NCBI GenBank assembly: GCA_963668695.2
Contig: CAXXLQ010000004.1
Span: 512,001 to 576,000 of the forward strand
Origin: Vicinamibacteria bacterium
Lineage (GTDB): Bacteria; Acidobacteriota; Vicinamibacteria; Marinacidobacterales; Marinacidobacteraceae
Reading direction: 5' to 3'
DNA: 64,000 nt
Shown here piece by piece: positions 42,447-52,499 of the stretch. Position 1 is the stretch's first letter; every line of letters starts with the position of its first letter. The translations under genes and the position numbers were made by a program. A model generated the notes under the pieces. That model had not been told where the DNA came from and did no database searches. It was given only the letters and a program-made list of their open reading frames with translations.

Positions 42447-43526
42447 GTGCGTCCTCCGGACCCGCGCCACTACCGCGTCCCACGCCCGGTCATCGCGGTC
42501 GCGGGGTTCGTCTGCGCCCTGCTCCTGGACAGCAGTCCCGGCTGGGGGTACCGCTTCTACCCTTCGCGCGACGAGGACTCCATCGTCCCGCGCAGCGATA
42601 CGGCGAGGCATTGGCGGGAGACCGTATGGGGACCGGGCGACAGCCTGGTGTGGCACGTCCACGACGGTTCCGATTGGTCGCCGCATTTCGGGAGCGCCGA
42701 AGAGGTGGTCCCGCTGATCGAAACCGCGGCCGGAGTGTGGAGCCGGGTTGCGACCGCGGACCTCCGCATGCGGGTGGACGGCCTTGCCGAAGTTCAGGGC
42801 GCGGGGTTGGACGGCCTCAATCTCGTGGTCGTGGGAACCGAGGAACCCGAACGGAATTTCGCGCGGCGGTGGTCGGTTCGGAATCGCGCGACCGGCCGCT
42901 GGGAACACGTCGATTGCGATGTCACGCTCGGCGAGGGACGTCTCGAGAGAATCGCAGATGTTGATGTACCCAATCGCCTGAGCACGGTGATCCACGAGAT
43001 CGGCCATTGCATCGGCTTGTCGCACGCGGCGGTGACGCCGACAATGCGCTGGGATTTGGGCTGGACGGATTCGTCCGTCTGGCAGAAGGATCCGGTGATG
43101 TCCTACGGCTGGGACATTGACAACGAACTGGCCGGCGATGAGGTGATCGGAGCCTCGCTGCTTCGTCCGGCGCGCGGGTGGCTGCGAGCAACGGGAAGCA
43201 TCTCCGGATTGGTTCTGCACGACGGCGATCCGGCAGCCTTCGTTTCCGTCCATGTCCTGCGAAACGAGGGCGGCAGGGTGCGGCCCGGCGTTCAGGTGTT
43301 CACCAGCGAAACCGGCGAATTCCTTGCCGAGGGTCTCGCGCCCGGCGAGTACCTCCTCTGGATCCATCCGATCATCGCCCAAAACGCCCATGGACCCCTT
43401 GTCCAACAAGATGATTTCCTGTCGGACCTCAACGACTCCCTCGACTTGCAGATGCTCGTCGTGCGCGCCGGGCGGGAAACGCGGGCGGGCGAGTTCACCC
43501 TCTCGCGCGGACGGGTCGTCCCGTGA
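42447..43526 (+). CDS. Exported metzincin (matrixin-like) metalloprotease with a C-terminal carboxypeptidase-regulatory-like domain
   Basis: HEIGHCIGLSH, Met-turn PVMSY and GSISG...GLAPGEY; start approximate. Confidence 0.8.
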   Translation: MRPPDPRHYRVPRPVIAVAGFVCALLLDSSPGWGYRFYPSRDEDSIVPRSDTARHWRETVWGPGDSLVWHVHDGSDWSPHFGSAEEVVPLIETAAGVWSRVATADLRMRVDGLAEVQGAGLDGLNLVVVGTEEPERNFARRWSVRNRATGRWEHVDCDVTLGEGRLERIADVDVPNRLSTVIHEIGHCIGLSHAAVTPTMRWDLGWTDSSVWQKDPVMSYGWDIDNELAGDEVIGASLLRPARGWLRATGSISGLVLHDGDPAAFVSVHVLRNEGGRVRPGVQVFTSETGEFLAEGLAPGEYLLWIHPIIAQNAHGPLVQQDDFLSDLNDSLDLQMLVVRAGRETRAGEFTLSRGRVVP

Positions 43527-44356
43527 GCCGGGCGGCGAGACTCCTGGGAGCACTTGGAGCGCTCCTGGGGGCAGCCTGCGGCGGCGACGGCGGAGGAACG
43601 GCGCCGAGTGTCGTGGCGCCGGCAGTCCCGGAGGTGACCGTCTCCTTCGCCCGGAACGCGGTCACCGTTGGAGAAGGGGAGACCGCGGATATCGAGGTGC
43701 GGTATCGCATCAGCAGCCTTGCCAGTCCGGTCTCGCTGATGGTCTCCCCCCTGGACCAGGGAGCGGCTCCGGAAGACTACGAGCTGTCGGCCACGACCCT
43801 CGAGATCCCCGCCGGACAGGGGGTGAGCGGAACCGCGGCGCTGGCGTTCACGGCGCTCTCCGATGGCCGGATCTCGGAAGGAGAAGAGGTGGTGGCGCTG
43901 CGCCTCGTGCCGCCGGGGGGCGTCCGGGCCCAGCTTGGTAGCGACCTCGCGGTGACGATCGCCGACGGCCCGGGGGTCCCGTGTCCAGGCGTTGAGGTGC
44001 AGGCGTCCCCGGTCGCCCCGCTGGACTCCGTCCCACCGTGGCTGACGACGACCCTGGCGCTCCATCGGGAACCAGGCGCCGGACGCGTCCAGTTCGACTG
44101 GGAAGGACCGTATATCCATGACGAACACTGTGACGACGATGCGTGCCGTGAACGGTGGGAGACCCGATCCCCCTATTTCGAACTCAACGTGGTCGAGTGG
44201 CGGGTCGCGTCTTCCTCCGGCGGAACGGATCACTCGATGGACATCGAGTGGTTCGAATCCAAGACTGCCCGCCTCCGGTTCCGGTCGGCGGACGGGGCCT
44301 GCAAAGGCGAACCGACGGTCGCCTGCACATCGGCGGGCTGCGAACTGCGCCGGTAG
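43523..44356 (+). CDS. Lipoprotein with a Calx-beta-like domain
   Basis: Lipobox LGAAC; VSF....V.EG, DY...TL.IPAG, D....EG.E...L.L and VTIAD. Confidence 0.75.
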   Translation: MSRAARLLGALGALLGAACGGDGGGTAPSVVAPAVPEVTVSFARNAVTVGEGETADIEVRYRISSLASPVSLMVSPLDQGAAPEDYELSATTLEIPAGQGVSGTAALAFTALSDGRISEGEEVVALRLVPPGGVRAQLGSDLAVTIADGPGVPCPGVEVQASPVAPLDSVPPWLTTTLALHREPGAGRVQFDWEGPYIHDEHCDDDACRERWETRSPYFELNVVEWRVASSSGGTDHSMDIEWFESKTARLRFRSADGACKGEPTVACTSAGCELRR

Positions 44357-44387
44357 CTGGTTCCGGGCGCTCCGCTATGCCCTCTTC

Positions 44388-44427
44388 GCATCAATATAGA
44401 GATACGACTTGATGCTATGATGCTACT
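44388..44427 (+). promoter_or_regulatory. Operator and probable leaderless promoter of the second vapBC
   Basis: Inverted repeat GCATCAA-N14-TTGATGC, direct repeat TGATGCTA x2, TATGAT 6 nt before the ATG, and no SD. Confidence 0.6.
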
Positions 44428-44697
44428 ATGCGCACGACACTGACGATCGAGCCGGATGTCGCGATCGAGATCGACAGACGGCGACGGGCCTCCGGCAACT
44501 CGCTAAAGCGGGTCGTCAACGGCCTGTTGCGAAAGGGACTGCGCGCCGAAGCCGAGACCCCGCCCCCGGCGCCGTATCGGTCGGAGACTTTCGATCTGCA
44601 CTTCCGACCCGGCATCGATCCGCTGAAGCTGAATCAGCTCGTGGACGAGTTGGACGTGGACGCCTTCCTGGAAAAGGAAGCGACGGATCGTCCGTGA
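44428..44697 (+). CDS. VapB-type antitoxin
   Basis: MRTTLTIEPDV...SLKRVVN.LLR.GL; overlaps vapC. Confidence 0.88.
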   Translation: MRTTLTIEPDVAIEIDRRRRASGNSLKRVVNGLLRKGLRAEAETPPPAPYRSETFDLHFRPGIDPLKLNQLVDELDVDAFLEKEATDRP

Positions 44698-45134
44698 TCC
44701 TTCCGGACGTCAACCTGCTGATCTACGCGATCAACCGGAACAGCCCCTTCCACGACCAAGCCCGCGAGTGGTGGGATGCCGCGGTCTCCGCGGGGACCGT
44801 CGCGCTGTGTTGGCCAGCCGTGGTTGGATTCCTGCGGCTTGCGACGAATCGCCGCGTCGTGGTCAATCCCCTGTCGGTGGAAAAGGCGACGGGCATCGTG
44901 GACACCTGGCTCGCTCGGCCCGACGTTCACTTGCTGGTCCCCACTTCCGCGCACTGGGGCATCCTGGCCAGCTTGCTGCGAGCCACCCAGGTCGGCGGGA
45001 ACCTGACCACCGACGCCCACCTCGCCGCCTACGCCATCGAGCACGGCTGCACCCTCGCCTCCAACGACGCCGACTTCGGACGGTTCCCGGGGCTGCGCTG
45101 GCGGAATCCGATCACGCCTTCCCGCGCCCGCTGA
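44694..45134 (+). CDS. vapC: VapC PIN-domain toxin
   Basis: MILPDVNLLIYA, GNLTTDAHLAA and SNDADFGRFPGL.W.NP. Confidence 0.93.
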   Translation: MILPDVNLLIYAINRNSPFHDQAREWWDAAVSAGTVALCWPAVVGFLRLATNRRVVVNPLSVEKATGIVDTWLARPDVHLLVPTSAHWGILASLLRATQVGGNLTTDAHLAAYAIEHGCTLASNDADFGRFPGLRWRNPITPSRAR

Positions 45135-45198
45135 CCCGCTGGCGGCGATCAGGTGGATCGGCGGCGATCAGGTCGGTTGGCGCCGATTGCCGGGTCGA

Positions 45199-46158
45199 TC
45201 AGAAGCGGAGGTTCAGGAAGAAGGTGAGGGCCGCGTAGGAGACGTTCTCCTCGGTCCGGATCCGGAAGGTGACCGGCTCGCTGCCGTCGAGGCGCAGTTG
45301 CGATGCGTGGCTCCGGAGGCGTTCCCATTCGGTCTCGTCCTCGAAGGGGGCGGAACGGACATAGCGCCCCTGGAAGCCGACGGAGGCCCGGTCGGAAACC
45401 TCCCAGTCCGCACCGGCGAGAGCCTGGAACGCCGAACGGCGGTCGCCCAGTTCTCCCTGTTTGCTCGTGGTCGTCGCGGCGAGATTCCTCCGGATCTCCT
45501 CCTCGTTCGGAAGTCCCGCCGCGGTGGCGATCTTCGTCGGGTCCACACTGCGCACCCAGAGGTCGCCGTAGTCCAGTTCGGTCCAGGAAACCCCGGCGCC
45601 GAGCCCGGCAAAGGGCGTCACCGGGCCGTCCACCGGCAGGTCGAAGAGCAGATTCACGAAGACGTTGTGTGACGACACGCTGCCGATCCGGTCTTCGGCG
45701 CGCACGATCTCGCCCTCCAGCTTCCCGGCGGTGTCGCCCGTCGCGCTCGCCACCGGAGAGGTCTGGTCGTACTCCGACTCCCGGTGGAAGGTCTCCACCT
45801 CCATGCGGAACCAGTCCGTGATCCGGTGACCGACCGCAAAGCCGGCGAAAACGCCGTTGGCCGGGTCGAAAGCAGTCTGCCAGCCCGCCGCGGAGCCCCG
45901 GTCGGGATCGGTGCAGCCGGGGATTTCCGCGTACCGCGGATTGATGAACTCGTCGCACCGGCTCGCCCGGTCGTTGCTCTTCCCGTGCAACATGACGCCC
46001 GTCGCGAGGTTCGCCCCGAGGTCCCCTCGCAGGTAGAAGCCCGAACGCTTTTCCTCAGCGGAGGCTCCGGACGCCGCAACGCAAAGGACCGTGACCGCAG
46101 CGGCCGCCAGACTGGCCGCGAACCTCTCGCGCCGGACGGGAGCGAAATGCGATTTCAT
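45199..46158 (-). CDS. Outer-membrane beta-barrel protein (opacity/OmpA-like)
   Basis: Signal peptide, GFYLRGDLG, TPFAGLGAG, AFQALAG and a C-terminal Phe. Confidence 0.8.
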   Translation of the reverse strand: MKSHFAPVRRERFAASLAAAAVTVLCVAASGASAEEKRSGFYLRGDLGANLATGVMLHGKSNDRASRCDEFINPRYAEIPGCTDPDRGSAAGWQTAFDPANGVFAGFAVGHRITDWFRMEVETFHRESEYDQTSPVASATGDTAGKLEGEIVRAEDRIGSVSSHNVFVNLLFDLPVDGPVTPFAGLGAGVSWTELDYGDLWVRSVDPTKIATAAGLPNEEEIRRNLAATTTSKQGELGDRRSAFQALAGADWEVSDRASVGFQGRYVRSAPFEDETEWERLRSHASQLRLDGSEPVTFRIRTEENVSYAALTFFLNLRF

Positions 46159-46994
46159 CGGATGAGTTCGAAATCCGGGGCCTCCGGCACCACCCCCGCC
46201 CGTGCCGCCATCGAAAACAGCGCCCGAAGGGCCGCTTCTCCGGAATCTCCCATGTCGCGGGTGAGCGCCGAAACGTACATCTTGACGAACTGCCGGCCGA
46301 GCTCGCGGTCGAGGCCGCGGCCGAAGAGGAGGGCGTAGTCGAGCGCCTCGTCCTCATTCGCGTAGGCCCAGTCGATGCTCGCCCGCATCGCGCGATTCAC
46401 CTCGATCGCCAGATCCCGTCCCAGGTCGCGCCGCACGACGTCGAGCCCGAGCGGCAACGGCAGCCCGTGCTCCTCCTCGAAACGGACGCCGAAATCCGAG
46501 AGCAGGTGGAACCCGCGCGCCTCGTAGGTCAACTGCCCCTCGTGGATGACGACCCCCGCCTCGGCTCGGCCCTCTTCCACCGTCTCGAAAACCTGGTCGA
46601 AGGGCACCATGACCGGTTCGAACTCCCCGATGTAGCACCGGGCAAGGAGAGCCGCCGTGGTCCGGGGGCCGGGGAGCGCCACCCGGCGCCCCTGCAGGTC
46701 CTCCAGGTTTCCGGCTTTCCGGCTCACCACTACCGGGCCGTACCCCTCGCCCATGCTCGCGCCGCTCGCCATGATCCAGTAGCGATCCGCCACCGAGAGA
46801 TAGGCGTGCGCGGAGATCGCGGTGATCGGGAGTTCGCCGGCGAGAGCGCGATCGTTCAGGCTCTCGATGTCTTCGAGGACGTGCTCCACCTGGTAATCGC
46901 GAATGCGCACCGCGCCCCTGGCGAGGGCGCAGAACATGAAGGCGTCGTCAGGGTCGGGGCTGTGCCCGATGCGCAGGATGGGAGGAGGGGTCAC
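46155..46994 (-). CDS. mqnD: 1,4-dihydroxy-6-naphthoate synthase (futalosine pathway)
   Basis: GHSPDPDDAFMF, SMGEGYGP, IHEGQLTY and LPLG. Confidence 0.92.
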   Translation of the reverse strand: MTPPPILRIGHSPDPDDAFMFCALARGAVRIRDYQVEHVLEDIESLNDRALAGELPITAISAHAYLSVADRYWIMASGASMGEGYGPVVVSRKAGNLEDLQGRRVALPGPRTTAALLARCYIGEFEPVMVPFDQVFETVEEGRAEAGVVIHEGQLTYEARGFHLLSDFGVRFEEEHGLPLPLGLDVVRRDLGRDLAIEVNRAMRASIDWAYANEDEALDYALLFGRGLDRELGRQFVKMYVSALTRDMGDSGEAALRALFSMAARAGVVPEAPDFELIR

Positions 46995-47043
46995 GGACTC
47001 GTTCCTTTTGTTTGTGCGGAGGGAAGGGCGGAAGTATTGCCTT

Positions 47044-47264
47044 CAACAGCCTGTGGCAAAACTCACGCGGCGTTCGACGGGCGATGCATCCCGGCTGAAC
47101 TGCCCCGCTTCGCGGTGCTCTGCGTTGCGTTTCGGTCGAAATACACCCGGGCCAGTTCTCCCGGTGGGGGCTCCTCTCTCACGCGCCTTGTCAGCCGGGC
47201 GCCTCGCCCCCACCGGGAGAACTGGCCGTCTCGGCGCTCACGTGAGTTTTGCCACAGGCTGTTA
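47044..47264 (-). mobile_element. MITE family A copy, reverse orientation
   Basis: Reverse-complement core with two 20-bp modules. Confidence 0.85.
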
Positions 47265-47847
47265 GGCGCTCCGCGGCGCGGCCCACGCACACATCGCCCC
47301 AATCCATCGGAAAAACGAGGTCGGCGACACCCGCCGCGCCGGCGAGGTAGCGCCGCTGCGCCGGGATCACCATCGTCTCGAACCGGTCGCGCACCTCATC
47401 CGCCGAATAGGAGCGCCCCGCGCCATCCCTCTGGATGCGCCTCGAGAGCAGTTCATCGAGATCTCCCTCCAGCAGAATAGAGAGATCCGCCGCCTCGCGG
47501 ACCCGGGAATCCCAGAGGGCAAAGACCCCCTCCGCGACCACCAGGTTCGTCGGGCCGAGGGATCCGGACACCCGGCGCGCTCCGGTGCCGAAGTCGTAGG
47601 CGAAACGGGGGACGGTCCGACCGGAACGGAGCGTTCCGAGATGTTCGGCGAACAGATCGAGGTCATAGGACTCCGGCTCGTCGTAGTTGACCTTGGTGCG
47701 ATCGCTTCGGGACAGGTGGGAGGTATCCCGGTAGTAGTCGTCCTGGGAGAGCACCACCGGCTCCCAACCGGGAAACCGTTCCGCCAGAGCCCGGGCGAAG
47801 CGGGTCTTGCCGGCACAGGTCCAGCCGGCGATGGCGGCCACCCTCAC
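47191..47847 (-). CDS. udk: Uridine kinase family protein; last ~24 codons are MITE-derived
   Basis: IAGWTCAGKT, QDDYY, NYDEP, YDF, EGVFAL and RRIQRD. Confidence 0.82.
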   Translation of the reverse strand: MRVAAIAGWTCAGKTRFARALAERFPGWEPVVLSQDDYYRDTSHLSRSDRTKVNYDEPESYDLDLFAEHLGTLRSGRTVPRFAYDFGTGARRVSGSLGPTNLVVAEGVFALWDSRVREAADLSILLEGDLDELLSRRIQRDGAGRSYSADEVRDRFETMVIPAQRRYLAGAAGVADLVFPMDWGDVCVGRAAERLTACGKTHVSAETASSPGGGEAPG

Positions 47848-47913
47848 GCCCGGAACCGGCGGACTCCCGTCAGATTCCCCGTCAGATTCCCCATCAATTT
47901 CAAGGTCCGGCGC

Positions 47914-48153
47914 TAACAGCCTGTGGTGGAACCCGGGTGAGCGCCGAGAGCGGCCAGTTCTCCCGGTGGGGGCGAGGCCCAGTTCTCCCGGTGGGGGTCC
48001 GGCTGACAAGGCGCGTGAGGGAGGAGCCCCCACCGGGAGAATGGGCCCGGGTGTATTGCGACCGAAACGCAACGCAGAACGGAGCGAAGCGGAGTGGTTC
48101 AGACGGGATGCATCGCCGCTCGAACGCCGCCTGGGTTTCACCACAGGCTGCTA
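47914..48153 (+). mobile_element. MITE family A copy with three 20-bp modules
   Basis: TA-ACAGCCTGTGG...CCACAGGCTGC-TA. Confidence 0.85.
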
Positions 48154-49628
48154 CCGGCGTCCAGCACCCGCTCGAGCGCCGCCCGGGCCTCGCGCGCGTC
48201 CACCTTCCCCCGGAGTTCGCGCATCAGTTGGCCCACGAAGAAACCGATCACCTTCTTCTTGCCGGCGCGGTAGGCGTCCCGGTCCGCGGGGTGTGCGGCG
48301 ACCAGCCGGGTGGCGATCTCGTCCAGCCGGGCTCCGCCGGCCAGGTCGGCGAACCCCAGGTCGCTCATGAGTTCGCGGGCGGCGCGTCCGCTCTCGCACA
48401 TCGCGGCGAAGACCTCGCGCGCGGCGTTTCGCGGCAGTTCCTTCGCCGCCAGCAGATGCATCAGTTCACCGAGCCGTTCCGGCGCTACCGCGAGCTTTCC
48501 GTCCGCTTTCTCACGGGACGCGACTTCAGTGGTAATCCAGCCCGCGGCAACCGTCGCCGCCTGCCCGAGAGGCGAACCGGCGGCCGTCGCGGCGGCCAGC
48601 GTCGCCTCGTAGTAGTCCGCCAATTCGCGGCGCGCGGCAACCCGCTCGGCCTGATCGGCGGCGATCCCATGTTCGCTCCGGTAGCGGGCCGCGCGAGCGT
48701 CCGGGAACTCGGGAAGCTGACGACGCGCCGCATCCAGCAGGCCTTCCGGGAGCCGGAGCGGGGGAAGGTCGGGATCCGGGAAGTAGCGATAGTCGGCAGC
48801 GTCTTCCTTGCTGCGCATGGGCTCCGTGATCCCCCGCGCCTCGTCGTAAAGACGCGTCTCCTGGACGACCGGCCGTCCGGCGGCCAGGAGTTCGCGGTGC
48901 CGTTGCTCTTCGTACTCGAGGGCCCGGTGGAGGAACCGGAAGGAGTTCAGGTTCTTGAGCTCCACCTTGACCCCGTAACGGGGTTCCCCGCGCCGCCGGA
49001 CCGAGATGTTGCCGTCCATGCGGAGGTTGCCCTTCTCCATGTCCGCATCGGACACCCCGCAATAGACGATCCGGCGCCGTACCTCCCGCGCGTAAGCGCA
49101 GGCTTCAGCTACCGAGCGCATTTCCGGGTCACTCACGATTTCGATGAGCGGTACGCCGGCCCGGTTGAAATCCACTCCGCTGCGCCGGTCGGAGCCTCGG
49201 AAACCATCGTGGACCAGCTTTCCGGCGTCCTCTTCGATCTGGATCCGGTTGATCCCGATTGTGCGGTCCACCGCCTCGGAATCCGGGCCCGCGTCCAGCC
49301 GGACGCGGACGGCCCCGGCCTCCGCCAGCGGAAACTCGTACTGGGTGATCTGGTAGCCCTTGGGAAGGTCCGGATAGAAATAGTGCTTCCGTTCGAAGAC
49401 CGACTCTTCGTTGATTTCGCAGTCCAGGGCGAGCCCCGCGAGCACCGCGAGTTCCACCGCTCTCCGATTGGGTACCGGCAACGCTCCCGGGAGGCCGTAG
49501 CACACCGGGCAGAGGTGGGTGTTCGGCGGCGAACCGAACTCGTTCCGGCAGCCACAGAAGAGCTTCGTCCGGGTATCGAGCTGGACGTGCACCTCCAGCC
49601 CGATGACGGTTTCGAAAGCGTCGGTCAT
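48138..49628 (-). CDS. gatB: Asp/Glu-tRNA amidotransferase subunit B
   Basis: IGLEVHVQL, YFYPDLPKGYQITQ, NRAGVPLIEIV and YRYFPDPDL; the stop lies inside a MITE. Confidence 0.97.
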   Translation of the reverse strand: MTDAFETVIGLEVHVQLDTRTKLFCGCRNEFGSPPNTHLCPVCYGLPGALPVPNRRAVELAVLAGLALDCEINEESVFERKHYFYPDLPKGYQITQYEFPLAEAGAVRVRLDAGPDSEAVDRTIGINRIQIEEDAGKLVHDGFRGSDRRSGVDFNRAGVPLIEIVSDPEMRSVAEACAYAREVRRRIVYCGVSDADMEKGNLRMDGNISVRRRGEPRYGVKVELKNLNSFRFLHRALEYEEQRHRELLAAGRPVVQETRLYDEARGITEPMRSKEDAADYRYFPDPDLPPLRLPEGLLDAARRQLPEFPDARAARYRSEHGIAADQAERVAARRELADYYEATLAAATAAGSPLGQAATVAAGWITTEVASREKADGKLAVAPERLGELMHLLAAKELPRNAAREVFAAMCESGRAARELMSDLGFADLAGGARLDEIATRLVAAHPADRDAYRAGKKKVIGFFVGQLMRELRGKVDAREARAALERVLDAGSSLW

Positions 49629-49724
49629 CTAGCCCGGATCACGAAACACGCGGCGGAAACCTGCCGGCGCGGCTATTTCCGACACCCAACAGCGGGTGGC
49701 GACAGTCGGCCAGCGTCAACCTGC

Positions 49725-50222
49725 GGCGCGTAGCGCCGCAGGGGTGGGGTGTGGGGAGGGGTGTCCCCTCCCCACGAAAGACGGTGGCGCGAATCGCGCA
49801 GCGATTCGCGCCACAAGCAGCCTGTAGACAAAGTGACGTGAGCACCGAGAGTGGTGAGGCGCCCCGCTGACAAGGCGCGCGAGGGAGGAGCCCCCACCGG
49901 GAGAACTGGCCCGAGTGTATTTCGACCGAGGCGCAACGATGAGCCACGCGAAGCGGGGCGGCCAGTTCTCCCGGTGGGGGCCAGCCGGGATGTATCGCCG
50001 CTCGCTTCCGGAGCGGGGCGCGAGCACCGCGGAGACCCCGGAGCGAGAGGGACGGGGGACGGGTTCACCCGGCCCCCATCTCTCTTGGCTCGGGAATGCC
50101 GCGTAACTTTGTCCACAGGCTGCTCGCCCGTGGGGAAAGCGCCCCGCCTCCGAAGAACACCCGGGAATGGGTGTGCCTCCCCACGTGGGCGTGATGCGGG
50201 GTGCTTTTTCCACGGGCTGCTA
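49725..50222 (+). mobile_element. Composite cluster: family C hairpin, MITE A (49817-50123) and family C inverted repeat
   Basis: Shared sequence with 7681-7857 and 30721-30943; the terminal CTAG provides the stop of the acyl-CoA ligase gene. Confidence 0.8.
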
Positions 50223-52007
50223 GTTCGCGTACAACGCTTTGATCTGGTCGGTGTACCGCTCCGCCACCACCCGACGCCTCACCTTCATGGTGGGCGTCAG
50301 TTCCCCGCTCTCGATGGAAAAGGCCGCCGTCACCACGGCGATCTTCTTGATTCGCTCGAACGACGCGAACCCTTCGCTCAACCGGTCGATCTCGGACATG
50401 AGGTGCTTCTGCACCCGGTTGTCGCGGGCTATCGCCTCCGGGCCGTCGGCAGGAATTCCCTTGCGTTTGCACCACCGTTCAAGCTGATCGAAGTCGGGCG
50501 CGACCAGCGCCGAGAGGAACGGCTTGCCGTCCCCGACCATTACCAGTTCCGTGATGTACACACTCGACTTGAGCCTCCCCTCGATCGGCTGCGGCGCAAC
50601 GCTCTTGCCGCCGGCGGTGACGAGCAGATCCTTCTTGCGATCCGTGATTCGCAAGAAGCCATCCTCATCAAACTCGCCGACATCTCCGGTGTGAAACCAG
50701 CCGTCCACGACCGCCTTCCGGGTGGCTTCGTCGTTGCCGAAGTACCCCTTCATCACGTTGTGGCCACGGCAGAGGATCTCGCCGTCCGCGGCGATCTTGA
50801 CGTCCACTCCGCGAATGGGAATACCGACCGAGCCGAACCGGAAGCGGTCGAGACGGTTCACGGTAATGACCGGCGAGGTCTCCGTCAGGCCGTAGCCCTC
50901 GATCACGACCCAGCCGGCAGCCAGGAAGAACTCGGCAACGTCGCGGGGGAGCGCCGCGCCCCCGGAGACGAAGAGGCGCACGCGCCCGCCCATCCGGGCG
51001 TGGAGCTTGCTGAACACCAGCTTCGTGGCCACCGCGTACTTCAGTTTCAACCCGACGGAAGGCGTGGTTCCGTCCTGGCGATGGCGGCCGACTTCGTAGC
51101 CGACCGCAAACGCCCAATTGAAGATCTTCTGCTTCAGCGGACTCCCGGCAGCAGCCGACTCGAGGACCCGGTCCCGCATCTTCTCGTAGAAGCGGGGCAC
51201 ACAGGCCATCACGGTGGGATGGACCTCGCCGATGTTCTGGACCAGGGTGTCCATGCTCTCGGCGATGGCGATCGTGACCCCGGCGTGCGGATAGAGGTAG
51301 TGGGCCACCATCCGGGCAAACACGTGGCTGTAAGGCAGCACCGAAATCGCCCGATCCTCCGGAGTGAGCCTCAGCGCTTCGTGGGAGGCCAGGGTGTTCT
51401 GAACGAGATTCTGCTGGCTGAGCATCACCCCCTTCTCCTTCCCCGTGGTTCCGGAGGTGTAGATGATGGTGGCGACGTCATCGCCGGAAACTGCCGCCGC
51501 GAGGCGCTCGGCCGCCCCGGAATCCACCCCGCGAGACCCCTTCCCCGCGTCCGTCACCGCCGACCAGGACCGTGCTCCCGAGCCCGCGACGGGAGGGTCG
51601 AGAGTGAAGATCATCTCGACGTCGGGCAGCGAATCCCGGACCTCGGCGATCTTCGCCTGTTGTTCGGCAGAAGACGCGATGACCACCCTCGCCCCCGAGT
51701 CCCGAATGATGTGGGCGGCCCGCTGCGCGGGGAGCGTCGGGTAGATCGGAACCGTGACCGCACCCAGGATCTGGAGTCCCGCCTCGATGATGAACCACTC
51801 CAGACGGTTCTCCGAAAGGAGCACCACCCGGTCTCCCTTCCGCACCCCCCGCATCGAAAGGCCCACGGCCGCATCCCGCGCAGCATCGAGCCAGTCCGCT
51901 GACGAGAGCTTTTTCCACTCGCCTCCCACCTTGTGGAGGATGGCGTCATCCTTGTTGTGCCGGGCACAGGCGGCGGCAAATAGCTGATTGATGGTCTGCG
52001 CTTCCAT
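50220..52007 (-). CDS. Long-chain fatty acid--CoA ligase
   Basis: IYTSGTTG, EGYGLTE, GWFHTGD, DRKKD and LTPTMKVRR. Confidence 0.93.
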   Translation of the reverse strand: MEAQTINQLFAAACARHNKDDAILHKVGGEWKKLSSADWLDAARDAAVGLSMRGVRKGDRVVLLSENRLEWFIIEAGLQILGAVTVPIYPTLPAQRAAHIIRDSGARVVIASSAEQQAKIAEVRDSLPDVEMIFTLDPPVAGSGARSWSAVTDAGKGSRGVDSGAAERLAAAVSGDDVATIIYTSGTTGKEKGVMLSQQNLVQNTLASHEALRLTPEDRAISVLPYSHVFARMVAHYLYPHAGVTIAIAESMDTLVQNIGEVHPTVMACVPRFYEKMRDRVLESAAAGSPLKQKIFNWAFAVGYEVGRHRQDGTTPSVGLKLKYAVATKLVFSKLHARMGGRVRLFVSGGAALPRDVAEFFLAAGWVVIEGYGLTETSPVITVNRLDRFRFGSVGIPIRGVDVKIAADGEILCRGHNVMKGYFGNDEATRKAVVDGWFHTGDVGEFDEDGFLRITDRKKDLLVTAGGKSVAPQPIEGRLKSSVYITELVMVGDGKPFLSALVAPDFDQLERWCKRKGIPADGPEAIARDNRVQKHLMSEIDRLSEGFASFERIKKIAVVTAAFSIESGELTPTMKVRRRVVAERYTDQIKALYAN

Positions 52008-52159
52008 GGGTCACCTCCCGGCGCCCATCTTAGTCAACGGCTCCCGCGCGCGCAGCCCCCGCACGCGCAGCCACAGCCCAGGATCGGCCGCGGTACCGGA
52101 GTCCACGGCCGACGGAACATCACGGATCGCCGGTCGGAGGGGGCCGCGCTGCCCGGCCG

Positions 52160-52300
52160 GGAACGCCGGTGTTCACACCAGGAGCGCTGGGCAGTTCTCC
52201 CGGTGGGGCCCTTCAGACCGGCATCGCGGCCGCAGGCCGCGAAACTCCCATCGCTAACCGCGAAAAAGCGCGGGGACGGCTGGGAGCGCCAGTCTTCAGA
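52160..52300 (+). repeat. REP-like family B cluster with a 20-bp module variant
   Basis: GGAGCGCTGG-GCAGTTCTCCCGGTGGGGCC-CTTCAGACCGGCATCG...GCGAAACTCCC, plus a further GGAGCGCCAGTCTTCAGACC. Confidence 0.65.
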
Positions 52301-52499
52301 CCTGTGTCGCGGCCCAGGGCCGCGAGAGCCCCTCCGTCGACGTTCATGGGTCAGCCCACCCCTATCGGGCCAGATCGCGCGACCAGAAACTTCCCGGTGT
52401 TCGGCGTCTACGCTTTGCGCCGCGTCGTCGCACCCCGACCACTGGGGCAATGCTGGTCCCCACCGGGAGAACCCTCTCCGCGCAGCGTCATCCCCTCCC

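Noticed and set aside
44245-44265. GGTTCGAATCC tRNA T-loop-like motif (similar at ~11065)
   Set aside because: It lies inside a CDS with no cloverleaf or acceptor stem.
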